Assembly: GCA_964035545.1 (NCBI GenBank)
Contig: OZ037769.1
Span: 10,570,633-10,634,632, forward strand
Origin: Bugula neritina
Taxonomy: Eukaryota > Animalia > Bryozoa
DNA: 64,000 bases
Direction of reading: 5' to 3'
The notes beneath the pieces are model-generated. The model was not told where the DNA came from. It saw only the letters and a program-made list of their open reading frames with translations, and did no database searches. Below are positions 14,791 to 31,800 of the stretch, in pieces. Positions within the stretch are counted from its first letter, which is position 1; every line of letters begins with the position of its first letter. Made by a program: the position numbers and the translations under genes.

Positions 14791-17746
14791 TGCAGTAATT
14801 GTATCAAGTACATAATTTCACAGTGTCTTTTGTTATGATTGATAATTGCACATGAATTGCTCTCTAGTAATTAATAATTGCAGACGTAACAAGAAGTAAT
14901 GCCAACTTATTAGAATTCTTACTTTATTGGCATCAGTGAACAAATCTACACACACAGCATAATCATTCTATCATATTAGCTATATTAAGTTACACAGTGA
15001 ATTTAATACAAATATATATTATTGTAGTAACATATTGTTTTCTGTTTTGAAACTCTGAATACAATAACTAAAATAACGTTAAAATGCAAACGCAGCCTAT
15101 GATGTATGTTGTGTTTTGCAAATTTTTAGTAACTTTTGGTTAAAGACCTTTTTAGTGATAAATAGTTTAATTGGCTAAAAATAACAAACTGCCAGTTTTT
15201 CTCAAAGTATTCAGAAAGTATTTTATTAAATGTTTTTGCAATACTTTTGATCATTCTTGAGCAGTTACTAGAATGGTTGACACTGCATATTGCCTTGAGG
15301 CTTCTTCCACAATTGCTAACCAAGAGTACGCACTATTACTTGTGGTTAGACAAACTGATGGGCTGAACTAAATTTATTTATAACTCAGGCTGTAGCTTGT
15401 GATCGAGTTCTATTCTTGATTCACGAATGCTGAAGATGGTGCTGAAGATGGGGCTTCCTTTTAAATTGATAACGTTTACCAGTTGAATAATTATTGCTTT
15501 AAATTCGGAGTCATCTTTTCTTTTAACCATACAACCAAGAAAGAGCTATCTTTTAAATAATATAAGTGATGAATTACTGTCAAAAATACTAAATATTGAC
15601 CCATTGAAATTTGACTGAAAAAATGATACTTGAGAAAGGAAAGTACCTAAATTGTTTTGTGACAGCTGCCATAAAAACAAAGGCTTCACCAGTAGTTATA
15701 AAATACATACTTTCAATGATAAATTGTTAAGATGAAAAGACAATGAAAAAAAGTATGTTTAATAGATTAGGTTACAATTAGTCAACTGCAAAAGAGTTAA
15801 ACTCATACATATGCTAATTAAATGCTTAGATTGATTTAAAAGCATTGCCATATGTTGCAGCATTCTTGATGATTGTAATAGTATAAGTGTGAATTTTGCA
15901 ACACTGTCACAGCTTCTTAACCTAACATTGTTTCTAAGATCTTTAAAATGTGCCTAAAATGTATCAACAGCAGACACAGTCTCAAATCATACTGTCCTCA
16001 CTTGCACTGAAATGATTTTAATTGTCATGTCTAATGAAAAACACATCTATAATTGAACACTGCCTTCTCGAACATAGTTGTGCTGTTTTACTTAGTAGTT
16101 TTAGTCTGAGAGTTACAGTAGCTATTTAGTTTCACAAGAATAATCTAGAGTTTGGTGTAAAGGAAAGCTTTCATTATGGAAGAGCTGGGATTTTTGTACG
16201 TATTATTGTTATTTATCTGTATAAGTTTTAAACTAAGTAGAGTTTCATCCTTGCCAATATTTTCTACCTTTAGCCTTATTAAGCTTTTAATAAATAACAC
16301 TAATTAATCTCTACTGCATGCAACTATGTTAAATTCTATTATAGTTTAGAGTATGAAAGCAGTTATTGTAACTGCTTGTTAGTTTATGAATATAACTAAT
16401 AACCGTAGCTGGAAACTCTTCTGCAAAAGAGTAGTTGATATGTAGTTGGTTGGTTATATTTTAATTAGAAAACAAGTTAAAAGAATATTGTTTTAAATAT
16501 TGATGGAAATGCTTACTAACAACATGGCGCTTAACCACAGAAACTTTATGGCTACCAGAGAAAAACATTATAGACACTATAATGAATGCTCTTTTCAATC
16601 AAATAATTATTATTGTTCTAAAGTTAGCATTTATAGCAGCAAATTTTGCAAAGAAAATGTTCATTTTAGTTACAAGAAACACATTAAAGACTCTAAAGCT
16701 ATTGACAACTAAAAGTTTAGTCATTTCTTGACCAGCTAGTACAATATTTTTACTCAACGTACATTACATTGTATGTCACGACTGTAAATTACAAATGCTC
16801 CCCTTATAACTGTACAGTACATTGCTGCACGATCAGCAAACTTCTGCAAGACAATCCATTGCCATAGAGCACTTAGTGACTTCTACATAGAGAATTCACA
16901 TAAAATGGAACAGCAAGTTTAGATAATTAATTTGTACTTTAAGTAGTGCAGTAGGCTACACAGTTGCATCTTCAAGGCTCTTTAAAGTCTCTATAACATT
17001 ATTACACAAAATCAAAGCAGCACAAATGTTGTAAGATACTAAGACATACTTTATTTTCACTTCAAGTCTGGTGCATATAATTTTATTTTGATATTCTATT
17101 TGACTTTGCTTTAAGCATACGATTATAGCACTGCTGTTAATGATTTATTGCATAAGAATGCAATGAAAAATTAACAAAATACACCGGATTTCCAATATTC
17201 AGTATAAATGGGATAACAGGCATAACTTTATATAACATATGTGTGGTCTGGTAGTATATTATAGACAAAGTTACATAAATTTGGCTGTGAAAACTGAATA
17301 AATAATTAATTTTGTTGCTTAACAAAACAATACTGGGAATTCCATGTAAGGTATAATATATATTCATCTGATGTAAATGAAATACAACTTCTAGTTTTCA
17401 CATTTTATTTTCTGCTTGGCTAAGATAAAGAGCATGTTGCTCAATATGCTGATATGGTTTACATTGTACTATTGAAAGGTGGAAGTTGCCGTAGTGTAAA
17501 ATAATTTGTAGAGTTGAGCTGTAAATATGTGGTTATGATGTTGTGTTGTGTTATTGTGTTGTGGTGTGTTTATTATGTTGTGTGTTGCTAAAATTGTAGA
17601 GATAAAGTAGTCAATTCTGTTTCCTTTTAAAGGACCAGAACTCCATTGTGAGTATTACTAGAGCTCTGCAAATACAAATTAGAATTACATTCTAGGCCTA
17701 TTACAGTATACCTAATACATTGAGTTATATTTCTATATTCAACAGT

Positions 17747-20699
17747 ATGTCTGGCTTTTTGGAAGCTGTCTCTAAAGTTTCCAAGTTTTCTCTACGATGG
17801 GATGACGATTTCTATGATAGACTGAGTCACAGATACACAGTGGTTACCTGCGCTCTGTTTACTGTGGCAAGTACTGAGGCTATACTATACAGAGTTGTTC
17901 TACCATTTCATTACAATCATGCCCATTAATACATATGCTGTGTTCCAGGTATATTTTATAGCGCAGAAATAAATACAACAATACATCCTATAAGATATTT
18001 TGTAGCTTTTAATTTTAGATCATAACAGCGTGTCATGGCAACTCGGCCAACTTTCACTCTTTATTAGATTATTTATTCTATTACAACTGGCAACAATTTG
18101 CAACAATTAACACCAAATAACTTTTATAGAAATCTGTTGAAGAGAAATTTATTTGATTTAGAATGACTAAGAATTTGCTGAACCTTATTAACCTAGCTGC
18201 TTTTTGATTGGCTGCGATTATGTAGTAATTTGCACAAGCATGTAAGAATGAGTTCTTAATGAGTCATGTTTCGTAATCAGTCAACGTGTGCAAAACATAA
18301 ATGGTTGCATAATGCATGAAGAAATGCAAAGGATGAATGGTTGACGTGAGGTAAAATTTTTATTCTTAGATGCAAATTAGCAAATGGAATAGCCATGAAT
18401 ATGATTATTGTAGTTACTCTGACCGTTCTATTGGTAAAATTATATCAATTTCTATGTCTGCTTCCTTAACTTAATGCAGCGAATTAATACGCCATTATTA
18501 TCATTTCGACTTGCAAACAAAAAGTGTTTTCACATGAATTACAACTTACATTATATTCCAAAGCCATTTAAAAAAGATGTAAATGGTTTTAACTTTCAAG
18601 ACTTTATTTTAATGTAGCACAGTATATAAAACTTTTGTTCTTTTACCAATTATAGAAAATAATGTAGTATGTAACATAAGAACTTGGCAGATTTTCGATA
18701 AGCTGGTATTTACATAATACACTGAATATTTGTATTTATATATTTCATAGATTGTGTCAACAAAGCAGTATGTAGGGGACCCGATATCTTGCTGGTGCCC
18801 AGCTACATTCACTGAGGCTATGATAGAATACACCAATCATGTGTGTTGGATCAGCAATACTTACTTTATACCAATGCATGAAGTTCCAGCTAAACACAGT
18901 AGGTCTCTTACTTTATTATAGCATAGCTTGCATTTTTAAACTTTGAACTATTGCATCAAAGATCAATGTTTTATAACTTTATTCAATCTGTCACTTTACT
19001 TAGTGTGGTGTGTAAATAAATTGCTTGTATTACATATGTATATGTACATTTATACATTATGTACATTACATGCACATTTGCATACATATAAGTTACTTAT
19101 ACATGTGTAACTTATTTAAAATTAGAATATTTTTGTTAATTATTTGATGTTTTTCTATTAGCTTCATGGTGAAAAACAGAAAAACTGAAAAATTAATATT
19201 GAAATAATATTGAAAAAATTGATGATAGGTGAACAGGTACACAGCTGTTAAGTAAAAGTATAACTGAAAGAGCTAAACCATGCATGTACAATTAGACAGT
19301 TTAAGGAAGACTGTATTACATAATCTAGATAAGCTATCAGAACTATTCCCATAAATGTTAGATTCTTCATCACCTACAAATTTAAATTTTCAATAATAAA
19401 CTTGATAAAGACTTTAAAGCTAACATACAAAACATGATACAAAGCTGTACTACCCATAAATCTATGTGATGATATGTGGTGTGTGGTCCGCACAGCATGA
19501 TTAAGATAATTTACCAGGTGAGTAGCAGCTGGATGTTGTATCAAACCTGCAGCATACTGCTTACTCTCAAGGACCAACTTCATAAGGAAACTCTACCACA
19601 TGCTGGAGAGTTTCCTGGCAATGCTGCAGAACTTTCTCTAGGTAAAGCATGCAACTATGTGCTAACTTACTTGTTGACCTAGCTGTTACATTATCTTGTA
19701 GATGTGCCAAGAGATGTGATCATTGGGTACTACCAGTGGGTACCGCTCATGCTTCTTCTGCAGTCCCTCATGTTCTACCTGCCCTCAGTCGTCTGGGCCA
19801 TCAACAACACTCGTCCTGGTTTAGACATCAACAGAATGGTGCTCTTGGTTTCTGGTATGGACAGCATCAACCCTGACATCAGAGACAAAAGCATCAAGTT
19901 CATCTGCAGACACTTTGACTTGGCGTTGGCGTACCAAAGGGAATATAGACAGAGCAGATTCAGGCAATGCTTGCAGTGTCTGTCCAGAAATATCTGCTTT
20001 CCTATTGGTCGAATCTATGGTAACTACTTGACATCACTGTATATATTTGTGAAACTGCTGTTTATTGCTAACGCTTTTGGCCAGATATGGATAATGAACA
20101 AGTTCCTCACTAGTGACAGAGATGGGTACTACTTTTATGGGATTGAAGTAGTCCTGGCAGTCTTTCGCAACAACCAACCAGACACCAAAATATTTCCCAG
20201 AATTACTTTGTGTGACTTCAAGATCAGACAGATGCAGAATGTACACGACGTGACGGTTCAATGCGCCCTTCCGGTCAACTTGTTTAACGAAAAGATCTAC
20301 ACGTATCTGTGGTTTCACATCAGCCTGGTGCTTATCCTCAGTGTGTACGGTCTACTCACCTTGCTCTGGCAGCTCTTCAGTGTCAACTGCCAGTCATATA
20401 TCACCAAGTATCTCAAAGTATTGTACAAGGTACGGCAGCAAGGTGGAGTTATTGAGGTCAAGAGTGTACGAAACTTTGTTGATAGCTATCTACGGCCTGA
20501 TGGAGTGTTTGCTCTGAGGGTGATATCCAAGAACACAAATGATATTGTCACAACTGAAATAATAGGAGCTCTATACGACTATTACTGTAAGAGTAATTAC
20601 CAGTCAACAAACAAACCACCATATATCGAACAACTAAATGGAGAGCACAGAGAGCTTCGACACGACAACTATAAACGATCAGCAATAAGGACTGTATAA
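17747..20699 (+). CDS. Innexin (invertebrate gap-junction protein)
   Basis: Exons 17746/17747-17866, 18751-18898, 19702-20699. Motifs [92 protein letters not shown]. Confidence 0.96.
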
Positions 20700-20930
20700 A
20701 CTCTACACTTATGTCTAATTCTGTCTATTGGGTTCGTGTAATAAAATATTTGAAACATAATTTTTGAAACAATGACTTTTTTCTAAAAGTTGATCTGATC
20801 AAAACAAAACGTTGCATATTTTACAAACTACTATGCTTCTACGATCACTAGACAAAGAAAGTATTTGGTAATAGGTTAATACTCTATAGTTTAAGTCAAT
20901 TTTATTAAAAACTTTTCATAGGTTAAAAAA

Positions 20931-21060
20931 GGAGTGGTCGTGGTCTAGGGGTGAAAGCGTTGATTTGATGAACCTGGGGTCATGGGTTCAATTCCGAGTA
21001 AATTAGGCCATTGATCGATGTTGTTAGGGAGAGCATTCAGTCATAAATGCTCCTGTGCCA
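20931..21060 (+). mobile_element. tRNA-derived SINE copy
   Basis: A box TGGTCTAGGGG, B box GGTTCAATTCC. Body ggccattg...gagcattcagtcataaatgctcctgtgcca is shared with the copy at 39781-39962. Confidence 0.75.
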
Positions 21061-21679
21061 AGTATTAATAATTGCAGCAAATTATCAGCACAAATAAACA
21101 TACAACCTCTGCATTTGGTTAGTTCAAACAAACACAACTGTTATGTAATTAGTCTGCATATTATCAGTGTTACAGTATAGATATCAGCTGAGTATATTAT
21201 AATGATGAAATACAAATATTTGTTTTCATTGCTAAAATGCAGATTGTAGAGTTTTATTTACTTTTATGTAAATTATTTTTATGTTTTTGGCAGTTTTTGT
21301 AGTTTTGGTGAGCTGTCATTAAGTCGTATAGTGTTTATAATTAAAATCCAAGACAAAAGTGACCTTATTATGTAAATAATGTAGTAATTCGTGCAATTAC
21401 TGTGCGTGAGTTCCTAGCTTGTAATTATAGTCTATTTATCCACATCAATAAAGTATTTAAATAAGATTCAACGAGGTTTATTTACTATTAAGTATAATAA
21501 GAGATATCAAAAGCACACAGATTAAAAACACTACATCTTTACTCTTTTCGTCCGCTCTCTCTACTACTGTCTACATTGCTGGGGGTTATCACATGATGCA
21601 CTCTTATTGGCTAAGGGGACTTGGGGGACGCGCGTATTACGTACTCACTACAATAACAATCCCAGTGTTTCATTTGCAG

Positions 21680-24317
<2,638 letters not shown>

Positions 24318-25164
24318 TTTCTTAAGCAATGTGCATGTGGCACTGCTATATTATACTAAACGAATTCTGTTTAAATCAGTAAATGTACCATTACTTAGTG
24401 AAATGTAAACACATGCAAATTTATCCCAAAGCATAGCTTCATCAAAAATTAGTAATGATTTGAGTTTAAAATTTTCTTGGTTAGCAATATTTTTGGTTAG
24501 CAAGCTTTGAGTGGCTAATATTTAGGTAAGCAAAATTAACTAAAGAGATTGAATGTCACTTTTTCTCCATCACACCTTTGTAGAACTTAAAGTAACTTAT
24601 GAATTTTGTATGGTGTTTGGTATTGATATGTCAAGCACTAAATGAAAAACTACGATGTTATGTTTTATGTTTGAATATCTTGTCCTGAAATGGATTTCTT
24701 ACAAGTAGATGTTCTTCCCAGAAAAATAAAAATAGTAATACATGACTACGGTATAGAGCTTAATTTTATTACAAAATATTATGAAATTTCCAAAAGAATG
24801 TTTACCAAGACCATGCAATCATAATTTGCTATAGATGCATGGTCCCCCCACATGTGTAATACTTTTTCAAATCACTTCTTGTGCAATGACTTTTGCGAAA
24901 GGTAACTCATCAAATTAATTAACTGCAAAGAGAATAAATTAAAGCAACTTTATATGGGAAACAAAAGCTATAAATGTTTTTAATTGAGTTGCTTCTCAGT
25001 ATTATCATCTTCTATATTCATTAACTACTAGTGGCCATGCAATAGTTACTGAGCACCAATAATGTACATATATAAACATGCACTGCAATCTAATTAGGAC
25101 TCAAGTTTAAGTTACTGGTGCTCATCAATTAGTGCTTAGTGCTAAAAGTTGTTGCTTACAATTG

Positions 25165-25211
<47 letters not shown>

Positions 25212-25532
25212 ATATATATATATAAAATCAGCTATAGTCTCTATACTCACTAACTATTTCTCAGCCTGATTATCACTGACTGAAGCTGACATAATTAGCA
25301 ATCACTGCAAATATTTATTGATTTATTGACATATAAATTAGAGCATGTTATGAGGTGGCAGGAAGCAAACAGTATATTATAATATTATAGTCATCTATAC
25401 TTTAGTAAAATATTATATTGCATTGTGATAACCTCAAGTGCCATTGATGACTAGCTAAACTAATATTAAATGAATTTCTTTGTGTTGGCATTAGGAACAA
25501 AATTCTTTAATTCATCGCTTGAAGAAAATCCA

Positions 25533-25812
25533 CTATAACTGTAATTCTTGCTGTTTCTTTGCACTTTTGATTATAATTGGAAGAATCGCCAAAGTACCCA
25601 AAACTCCGCAACAGCCAATAAAGATGATTCCAAATTTTTCACCAGCACTCTGAGAGATGTACGCTAAAATTGTTTTAATAAAATTAATACAATGTTTTCA
25701 CTTGATTTGTTTGTGTGCACACATATGCACACAATTACACAAATTTTCACACATTTACACACAAACTTGTCTAGCTTGTACAAACACACACGGATATGCA
25801 AACGCACACGCA

Positions 25813-25849
<37 letters not shown>

Positions 25850-28800
25850 TTATAAATGTGTGTGTGTTGGTAAATTCGCAAATGGAGAGCAAGTGCATGT
25901 TTGCATCTACAAACTATATATGATTACAAGCAGTTTTTTAGACTTGTTGCTGCCTTTCAACACCAGGAAAAAACTGAAATTGTCTAGCCTAATATAGAAA
26001 ACAATCTCACCACTGAGGGGGACAAGTGCTATGCCCCCTATTCCTTCAAAGAAACACTCTATTCCAAACAGCATAGGAAGCTGCTCAGATGTACATAAAT
26101 CACTAGCAAACCCCAACAGACTCGTTACAGCCACACCATTTGTCAGTCCCCATAGTGTTGTTAGAATGTAGTACATTGTCTGTTAAAGAAATAAATTACA
26201 AGCATTAGGTAAAAAGAAAAATACAATTATTAGACTAATTTTAGCGGTTTTTGGTAGTTTCTGAGCTTTAATGAAGTATATTAAGTCACTTTTTTCCAAA
26301 GCGAAATTCTACCTTCGTTTTTTAGAATATACAGTATTTGTTGGTGGTGGTGGATGGTGGAACCAAGAGCTGTACCAGTTTACACTACGGACCCCAGCAT
26401 CCAAGGACTGATGGCAATGATGTACTGTAGAGAAGTTCCCATCAGTCAAGACTTCATACTAACCTCCAAGCGGTCACCACTGGTAACTGGGTGTAGATAC
26501 ACCCAGGCTAATAGTATGAGGATCTATGGGTTGATCACCCAGACAACAATCCATCCAGAAACGTGACACTCTGAGAGGGCGAATTACTCGGCCAGTCACT
26601 GCGACTACTGAACTGCTGTGCTCGTCCTGGACACTCCTTGCCAGCACAGCGTACTTCTTTAGTGGAGAGGGGTGCTTAAGCAACTGACAAAACCCTAAGT
26701 ATCCTTAAACTTCTTGTCAGCATAATCCGATTGAATCATGAAAAGAAAAATGAACACGAAATCATACTGGCAGGACGTCGCCCAGGATAAAAAGGTCCAA
26801 AATTCTAAACTCAATCTTGCATCATGGAACATACGAACAATGCTAGACCGGGAGAACACAGAAAGACCTGAGAGAAGAAGTGCAATCATTTCATCTGAAC
26901 TACAGAAGTATGGCATCGACATTGCAGCACTGAGTGAAATCAGATTCAAAGATACAGGTAACATTTGTGAAGAGTCAGGATACACCATTTATTGGAGTGG
27001 CAAAACTGCATCTGAGCGCAGTGAGTCAGGCGTGGCTCTTGCTATCAGGAACGAACTTGCTTCGAGACTAATCGAAGAGCCAAAGGCTATAAGCGACAGA
27101 CTGATGTCACTCAGGGTTCCTCTGTCTGATGAGCGATGGTGCACTGTGATAGCTGTCTATGCTCCCACGATGACAAACAGCCAAGAAAACATCAACAGAT
27201 TCTATGACCAACTGAATCAGGCTCTAAGATCAGTCCCAGCAGCTGATAAGATCTTACTCATGGGGGACTTCAATGCTAGGGTTGGACAAGATCACTCAAC
27301 CTGGCCCGGTGTGATAGGCAAGTATGGCTGCGGAAACCTGAACTCCAATGGTGAACTTCTGATCTCAGTCTGTAGTGAACATCAACTGTGCATTACCAAC
27401 ACCTTCTTCAAGCATAAACCAGCTCACAAGCTTTCTTGGATGCACCCGAGAAGCAAGAACTGGCATCTCATCGACTTTGTTATCACACGACAACGTGATC
27501 TACCAGACATTCTAGACACAAGGGCGATGAGAGGGGCAAATTGCAGTACTGACCACATCATGATCAGGTCAAAAGCTAAGCTCAGAGTGAGGAGAAAAAT
27601 GAAAAAAGGGAGAACACCTTGCCAGAAGCTGGACGTTTCTCGACTTAAGAATGAGGAAGTAAGACAAGAACTGGAAAAGTCCCTTGCTGGGAAACTGAAC
27701 TCTGCTCCAGAGGGCGTGGAGAGTAAGTGGAGAGCATTCAAAGAGATAGTTTATGCAGAGTCAAAAGTGCACCTCGGCACTGTCAGCAGGAAGCATGAGG
27801 ACTGGTTTGACGAGAATAATGATGAGCTGCAAGAACTCATCCAAAAGAGAAACAAGGCCAGAGCAGACATGTTAACTAGGAATACTCGCTCGAACAAGTC
27901 AAAGCTTAGAATGGCTGGCAGAAAACTCACAGGAAGATGCAGGGAGCTCAAGAACGACTGGTGGTTGGCAAAAGCTGCTGAACTGCAACGGTTTGCTGAC
28001 ACTAACGACATGAAAGGCTTTTACCAAAGCATGAAAACTGTTTGGGGTCCAAGAGTGAGTCATCCTGACCAGCTCCTGGCCAGTGACAGCTCAACACTCC
28101 TGACAGAAAAACAAGATCTTCTAGCAAATGGACAGAGCATTTCAGCAAGCTACTAAACGAGACTCCAGATATTGATGACAACATCATTGAGAACCTGAGA
28201 CAAGCTCCCATTCAGGACTGGATGGACGATTGCCCAGATATTGAAGAGATCATCAAGGCAACTTCGATGCTAAGTGAAGGGAAATCACCTGGCTCTGATG
28301 GCATTCACCCGGAGGTTATCAAAAGGGGAGAGCCCAAACTAATAAGTACTCTCCATGAGATAATAAAGGAGGCATGGAAAACTGCTGTAGTCCCTCAAGA
28401 TTGGAAAGATGCCCAACTTATAACCATATTCAAAAAAGGTGATCGGAAGCTGTGCGGTAACTACAGAGGCATCTCCCTGCTCTCAATTCCCGGTAAAGTT
28501 TTTGCTCGTGTCCTTCTAAATAGACTGACATCATATGCAGAAAACTTCCTACCCGAAACTCAGTGTGGATTCCGTAGTGGAAGGGGAACAGCAGATATGA
28601 TATTTGCACTGAAGCAGATACAGGAAAAATGCATCGAGCAAAATATGCCCCTGTACATGGTCTTCATTGACTTTACCAAAGCGTTCGATACTGTTGATCG
28701 GGCGACCCTGTGGAAGATCTTACAGAAACTCGGTTTTCCCAGTCACTTCACCAATCTTATCAGCGCTCTCCATACTGGCATGAAGGCCTCAGTCAAGCTG

Positions 28801-31800
28801 AAGGAGGAGTTATCTGAGCCGTTCCAGGTCAACAATGGTGTGAAACAAGGATGTGTGTTGGCTCCAACGCTATTCTCTATTTTCTTATCGGCTGTTCTAC
28901 AGCACGCATTTGAAAACTGTGATAAAGGCGTCTGGATTCAAAGTAGACCTGGAGCTGATCTGTTCAATGTGAACCAATACAAGTCAACAACAAGAACACA
29001 GAAAGTATTGGTTAGAGAACTCATGTTTGCTGACGACACTGCCTTCGTTGCACACAGCCATGGCGATGCACAGGAATTAGTCGACAGATTCGCCAGAGCT
29101 TCCAAAGCTTTTGGTCTGAAAATCAATATCAAGAAAACGGAAACGCTCTACCAACCGGCACCTGGAGCCCATGACAGTGGTGACAGTATCTGCATAGATA
29201 ATGAAGACCTTGCCAACGTCAATAAGTTTAAATATCTTGGGTCTACAGTGATGTGCAACAACAAGATGGATGAAGAGATTCATACAAGGATGTCCAATGC
29301 TTCAATCTCTTTCGGCAGACTAAAGACCAAAGTCTGGTACAATAAGGATCTGTCATTCAAGACCAAGTGTACAGTGTACAGAGCCATTGTCCTGTCCTCT
29401 CTGCTCTATGGAGCGGAGGCCTGGCCTGTATACAGGATAGCCGCTCACAAATTCAACACCTATATGATGAGACATCTACGCCAGATCTTGAACGTGAAGT
29501 GGTGGGATTTCATCTCGAATGAGGAGACTCTAGCACAGGCAAATCTACCCAGCATGTATGAACTACTCATTCAAAAAAACCTGAGATGGGCTGGTCATGT
29601 GCATCGAATGGATAACTCTAGATTACCTAAACAAATTCTCTATTCACAACTGAAAGAAGGCACCCGTGGTGTTGGCAGGCCGCGACTGAGATTCAAAGAT
29701 ACCGTTAAACGCAATCTAAAAGACCTAAAGATCCCTATTGGTAGCTGGCAATCTCTCAGCAAAGACAGATGTAAATGGAGGACCATGATTCACCGGAAGT
29801 CATCTTCGGACACGAAGGACAGCTAATGATGATGATGATGTTATAGCAGATATAGTTAAGGCTACCTAACTACTTACGTGTTGTAATATTGCTACTTTTT
29901 ATATATTATTGCTGTGCAAACTTGTATTTAAATGGTTTCAAAATTCACCTTGTCACTGGTGAAAGCTGTAATCAGGGTTAGGATACTAGCCATTCCAATT
30001 GAACAGAAATAGAGGAAAAATCTGTTGAACTTGAGTGAGCCTGTGACCACCAGACATACACAAGCAACAATGTTTCCAATTCCTATAAAAGTAAAACAAT
30101 TAGCAAGTTCAGAGTATCTTTCAACAATATTTATGTAAAATATATACTTTGGAAGGCGTATATAGTATACAAACCTACTTTTTTCCATCAGCCATGAAAT
30201 ATTTTATTATTCAAAGTAAATGTGTTTATCATCAACAAAGCTAAAGTTGCAATATATGATATAATTAAATATTTGATTTACGGTAAATGATGTTTTTATG
30301 TAAAAATTTATATAAACTAATGTATATAGTACAATATTAATCTTGCTATGTGGCTTATTGTTCAATGCAACAGCTTTAAAATCTCAATATCTTGGTTGAC
30401 CTAAAACATGAATAAACATGTTGATGTAAACGCACATTATTTTCTCTAGATTTTTAATCATTACTGTAAGAGTATGAATATATAGCTGTAATAACTAGCA
30501 TTATGATGTCCTAAGAACTTTAACTTAGTTATTTCAAGTTATTCTGCTTTTTGCTTATAGATAAAATGAAAAATAAAAAAACATAATGTACTTTAAACAT
30601 GTATATGTTAGTCAGGTGCATCAGTGCATTTATTCTAAGCCTTCATTATAAATAAGAGACATAAGTAAACCAATTCTCTGAAGTGGCTAAATTAAAAATA
30701 TTTGTAGATAATCATACCTAACAATGTGATCCCAAATGATGCCTCATACTCATTCAAGTCAGCATTCTCAGCGACGTAGTTATTGCTTAGAACAAAGAAT
30801 CCCGCATCAGTTGTACACCAAAACATTCCACTTATCAAAAACATCCAGACCTGCATTAATAAACCGTTGCACCACGAGAAACTCATAATATATCACATTG
30901 AAGCTCAGATGCTGATGCTAATTATTTTTGCTGTATATATACTTGCTAGTGTATACACAAAATTTGAGAACATTTTGTGATATAATAATCAAGCGTGTTC
31001 TTTGTGACTTTAAACATTATATAATACTTTCATATAACCTATAAAAATGGTACAAGTGATAATAGGAAAATTTCTACATATCTTGTTTTATAATAAGAAA
31101 CTGTGCAAATTTTACAGATCATGCTGTCAATAAAAAACTGTTTGCCCATTCAAATAACAGGCCTATATGTAAATTTTATAAAATTGAAAAGCAGTTGAAT
31201 GCCATTAAATCAGTTGCTAATTATAAAACACTTTTCATATAACTGTTATTTGTAGCAATCATCTTGTCTTCGATCCCACAAGTAATCATTAGTTTCATGC
31301 CCAATTACAAATATAATAACTACTCTATCGACTCTAATACCTTTGGTAACTTTAGAAGTTCAATGAACTCTTGTCTTAGATTTCTTTTTTGTATTTCATG
31401 AGTTTCCTCAACTGGTTTGGCCATTTTAACTTCTACCTTCAGATCTTCCTAAAAGTAATAGACATGTTTGCCATTATAAATCCTTATTTTAGAAAGAAAC
31501 TATTTTTAAAGCAGAATAAATAGAGCAAGCAGTTATACATTTGTTCAATCTTTAGAGACTTATACTCATATAAAACAAAATTAGACAAAAGATACAGCTA
31601 CAAAATATTGATGTTTTCAATAGTACAAAGTTTTCATACCTAATTGAAATCATATAGTCACCTTTAAACCATCTAAATAAAATAACTGTGAGCAAAGCTC
31701 TGCTCACAAATAATGAATTTAGTGAAAAAATTAAACTTTATTTAAGCAGGTGCACCAAAAACAATGAGCATTTATATAGAATATTTCCCACATTCGCTGT

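Larger units (their letters stand above)
26343..29840 (+). mobile_element. Full-length RTE-clade (BovB-like) LINE inserted antisense in intron 7 of MCT paralogue 1
   Basis: 5' UTR with ribozyme, a single APE-RT ORF broken by one frameshift, very short 3' end with a (GAT)n tail at 29826-29840. No clear TSD. Confidence 0.93.

Noticed and set aside
20931-21000. tRNA gene (also at 37226 and 39900)
   Set aside because: A and B boxes are present, but there is no clean cloverleaf and two copies continue into a shared body: SINE heads.
26354-26566. 70-aa ORF in the RTE 5' UTR as an ORF1
   Set aside because: It overlaps the ribozyme, whose base-pairing explains the sequence, and it has no motif. It could at most be a uORF.
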